Shown here: positions 61,376 through 64,000 of the stretch, piece by piece
Layout of the letters: each line of letters starts with the position of its first letter
Numbering within the stretch: the stretch's first letter is position 1
Source of the DNA: Antedon mediterranea
Lineage: Eukaryota; Animalia; Echinodermata
Direction of reading: 5' to 3'
Assembly: GCF_964355755.1 (NCBI RefSeq)
Contig: NC_092674.1
Coordinates: 29,078,001 to 29,142,000 of the forward strand
Length of the DNA: 64,000 bases
Notes under the pieces: generated by a model
What the model saw: the letters and a program-made list of their open reading frames with translations, nothing else
Told to the model about the DNA's origin: nothing
The model's database searches: none
Translations under genes and position numbers: made by a program

Positions 61376-64000
61376 ATGTATAAGTGTTTAGCTTTTGCCC
61401 TGCTGTCGTTAATTATTATTGGTGCGCAAGGCAACAATAATGAGATAGATTTGGAGGTAAGAAAGTAAATGTTTCCCAAAAACTTTGTTTATCGTTGTAC
61501 CGAAAGTCCATGAGTAGGGTGCACCCGTCTGGAATATAGGTGGGCCGGCCATGAGTAGGATACATCCACTCTGAATATAGGTAGACCAGGGGTGTTGCCC
61601 CAGTTGCCCGGGCAACTCCCTTAATTTCATATTAAATGTTTTTTTCTGCTACTAAATTAAAATTTGGATCCCATTTCATCATATTATATAATTATTAACC
61701 ATTAACGTTATAGAAGTCCAGTGTTGAAAAAAGACTATATGTAAATTGACAGACTGCAGCGTAAAATTAAACAGCAGTCAACAATACCATGCGGTCAGCG
61801 TTTTTGTTGTCTGTTGACTGTTTGGATTACTCGTGTGCGTGAGAAGGTACGAAATGCCACTACACACTGTGTTCGTGGTAAACCCCGTCATATGGGTGTT
61901 GATTATTTCTCCATAAGACGTCATCTCAATGAGCAGGTCGGAATATAATAGGTCGCGGCGTGTGCGAGGGTGCAGCAAAGAAGGATCTCAACCGATCTCT
62001 TTTGTTCTTGATTGTCTTGCTGGCCTATGTAATGACATGTTTACATGACTATCTAATTATTTTTTCTTTTTTTAGAAACTGTTACTGCGGTACCTTTTAG
62101 CCGAATCTGCTGACAAAGTTGAGACCCGTGTGGACAAACCAGAAGCAGGTAGTTTGTCTGGACAGATAGAAAGTTTATTAAATGAAAGAGGTAAACAAGT
62201 AACACCAAGGTTTCACTTTTTATTGTGAAGCTTTTTAAAGGTCGAAACTCAATGTTAAATCTACGGAGTTATTACTATATTGTTAAATCAAGGCGTCGTT
62301 AGTTATCCTTGGTTAATCAATAACTATAGCCTTATACAATAGCAAACCAAGTATAAAGATGATATTGGTGTTCGATGGTTGAGTGCAGATAGAAAGTTTG
62401 TTAACTGAAAGAGGTAAACAAGTAAAACCAAGGTTTTTATTGTGAAGTTTTTTAAAGGTCGGAACTCAATGTTTAATCTATGGAGTTTAATACTCTATAT
62501 TGTTAAATCAAGGCGTTTTTAGTTATCATTGGTTAATTAATAAATAGCCTTATACAATAGTACGGTAATCATTATAGAAACAAAGTATAAAGATATATTG
62601 TTGCTGGGTGGTTGGATGCATTTGGTAGGCCTAACTACAAGATCTTTTGCTTCACCTTTCAACGGATGATCAAATGAGTATTCATTAATTGTTTTAATTT
62701 GTATAATTTTTTTTTATTACTGGGTAATCAAGATGTTTTAGACAAGGAGTTTACGGAGGCAGTTTTAAATGAGCATAACAAACACAGAAATCGACATGGC
62801 GTTGGTGTACGTACAGTCTTTAGTTTATATTAAGTTCAGATTCTCAAAACACCGATTGGCATTTCTCATTAATTATCTAAATTGGGTTTGTGATCATATT
62901 ACGTTTTATACACAGCCATTGAAATACTCAGAAACGATGGCTGAAAATGCGAAAAGGGCTGCCGAATACAATGCGAGATTGGGAAGGTTGCAACACTCAG
63001 ATAAGGAGACTAGAATGGGCAACGGTGAAAATCTATTTATGAAAGCAACTGCTGATAAAGTATTCAACCCAGAGACTGCAGGTAGGCATACTGTATTTTT
63101 GTTGGATGGATGCTACATACATACACATTGGGAGTACGTCTTTGAAAGATGTATTGTCCCCCTGAAAAAAATATTATTAACAAATTTCTGTTGAATATGC
63201 CATTTTAATATGTCACATAATAGTTATCCACTTTGACCAACAATTTGTTCAAAACAAAATTATTTACCTGAAAAAACTGCAATTTAAAGCAAAAAATAGT
63301 CAAATTGGCTGCCATTTAACCATTTATGTTGTCATTTGAGTGAAAGTGAAAACATTATTTTTTTAGGATTTTTTTTTCGGAAGTGATTAACTTGATTAAA
63401 ACCATAAAATACCCTATTCAAATTCTGATTTAATTAATCTTCATTTCTCATGATTTTGAAGGACAATTCATCTTTAATTAAGCCTTCTATGAAATAATTA
63501 TGTATATGACAATTAATTATAATTATAATTAATTAATTTTGTTTTTAAGCTTCGGATGCTGTGAACGCTTGGTATGGCGCGAGTAAAACGTATAATTTTA
63601 ACTATTCCGGATTTCAATCAGGAACAGGTAATTATTCGCTATATTTGTCTTGAAGTTGATGGTTTCGAAACGTGGAAGTAAATAGGTCATGCTTGGTTCT
63701 CTCACTAGCGACGCAACGTAACGCAATCTACGCAACGTAAGAAAATGCCCTTCCAATCATTGTGTTTGCCCCCGCCTGCGTGAAACAAACGATGTTTGTA
63801 GCACTATTGTGTCGTCGGTTCCCATTACGCAACACAGCACTTTGCGTCGATACGTCGCTGCGTTGCGTTGTAGTGGCAACCACCCTTTAGATCGTGGTTA
63901 CTTTATATTTCAATCACAATTCAATTCGACTGTCAATTCAAGTTCATTTTTTGTACATCATTATATAATGACTTAATTATTTCAATATGATTTTAGGACA
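61376..64000 (+). CDS. Secreted CAP-superfamily protein 4 (3' end beyond the window)
   Basis: Exons 61376-61456, 62076-62190 (alternative donor 62148), 62733-62806, 62916-63081, 63550-63627, 63997 onward. Signal peptide MYKCLAFALLSLIIIGAQG. Motifs: HNKHRNRH, LQHS, GENL, AWYGA. The final exon starts GA CA at the edge. Confidence 0.88.

Noticed and set aside
62385-62600. Second copy of the CAP4 exon-2 3' end as an additional exon
   Set aside because: Part of a ~230-bp intronic tandem duplication; it has an in-frame TGA upstream and a phase mismatch from the nearest AG.

Overview
AT-rich, intron-dense animal genomic DNA, probably a marine invertebrate deuterostome such as an echinoderm (inference from gene content and style only). 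Most listed ORFs are partial exons or noise, so genes were rebuilt by hand from splice sites and reading phase. Gene order: NEK1 (minus, about 30 coding exons, probably running off the left edge), head-to-head with NDUFA2 (+), then MFSD8/CLN7 (+) and pirin (+). Next come a PDGF/VEGF-family ligand (-) and, divergently transcribed from it, a highly divergent secreted FGF (+). The window ends in a tandem array of secreted CAP/GAPR-1-like genes: two complete, one pseudogene and one cut by the right edge. Introns hold many MITEs (PIF/Harbinger-, Tc1/mariner-, hAT- and P-like), Helitrons, LINE 3' fragments and minisatellites. The strongest lead is the FGF, which carries an acidic SGSG glycosaminoglycan-attachment motif and appears to have a weakened heparin-binding patch. 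Other leads are the VEGF-FGF head-to-head pair, leader/body shuffling with complementary tetrad loss in the CAP array, possible alternative targeting isoforms of MFSD8 and pirin, and TAGGCCTA clusters at first introns. All gene models are manual and untested against transcript data.
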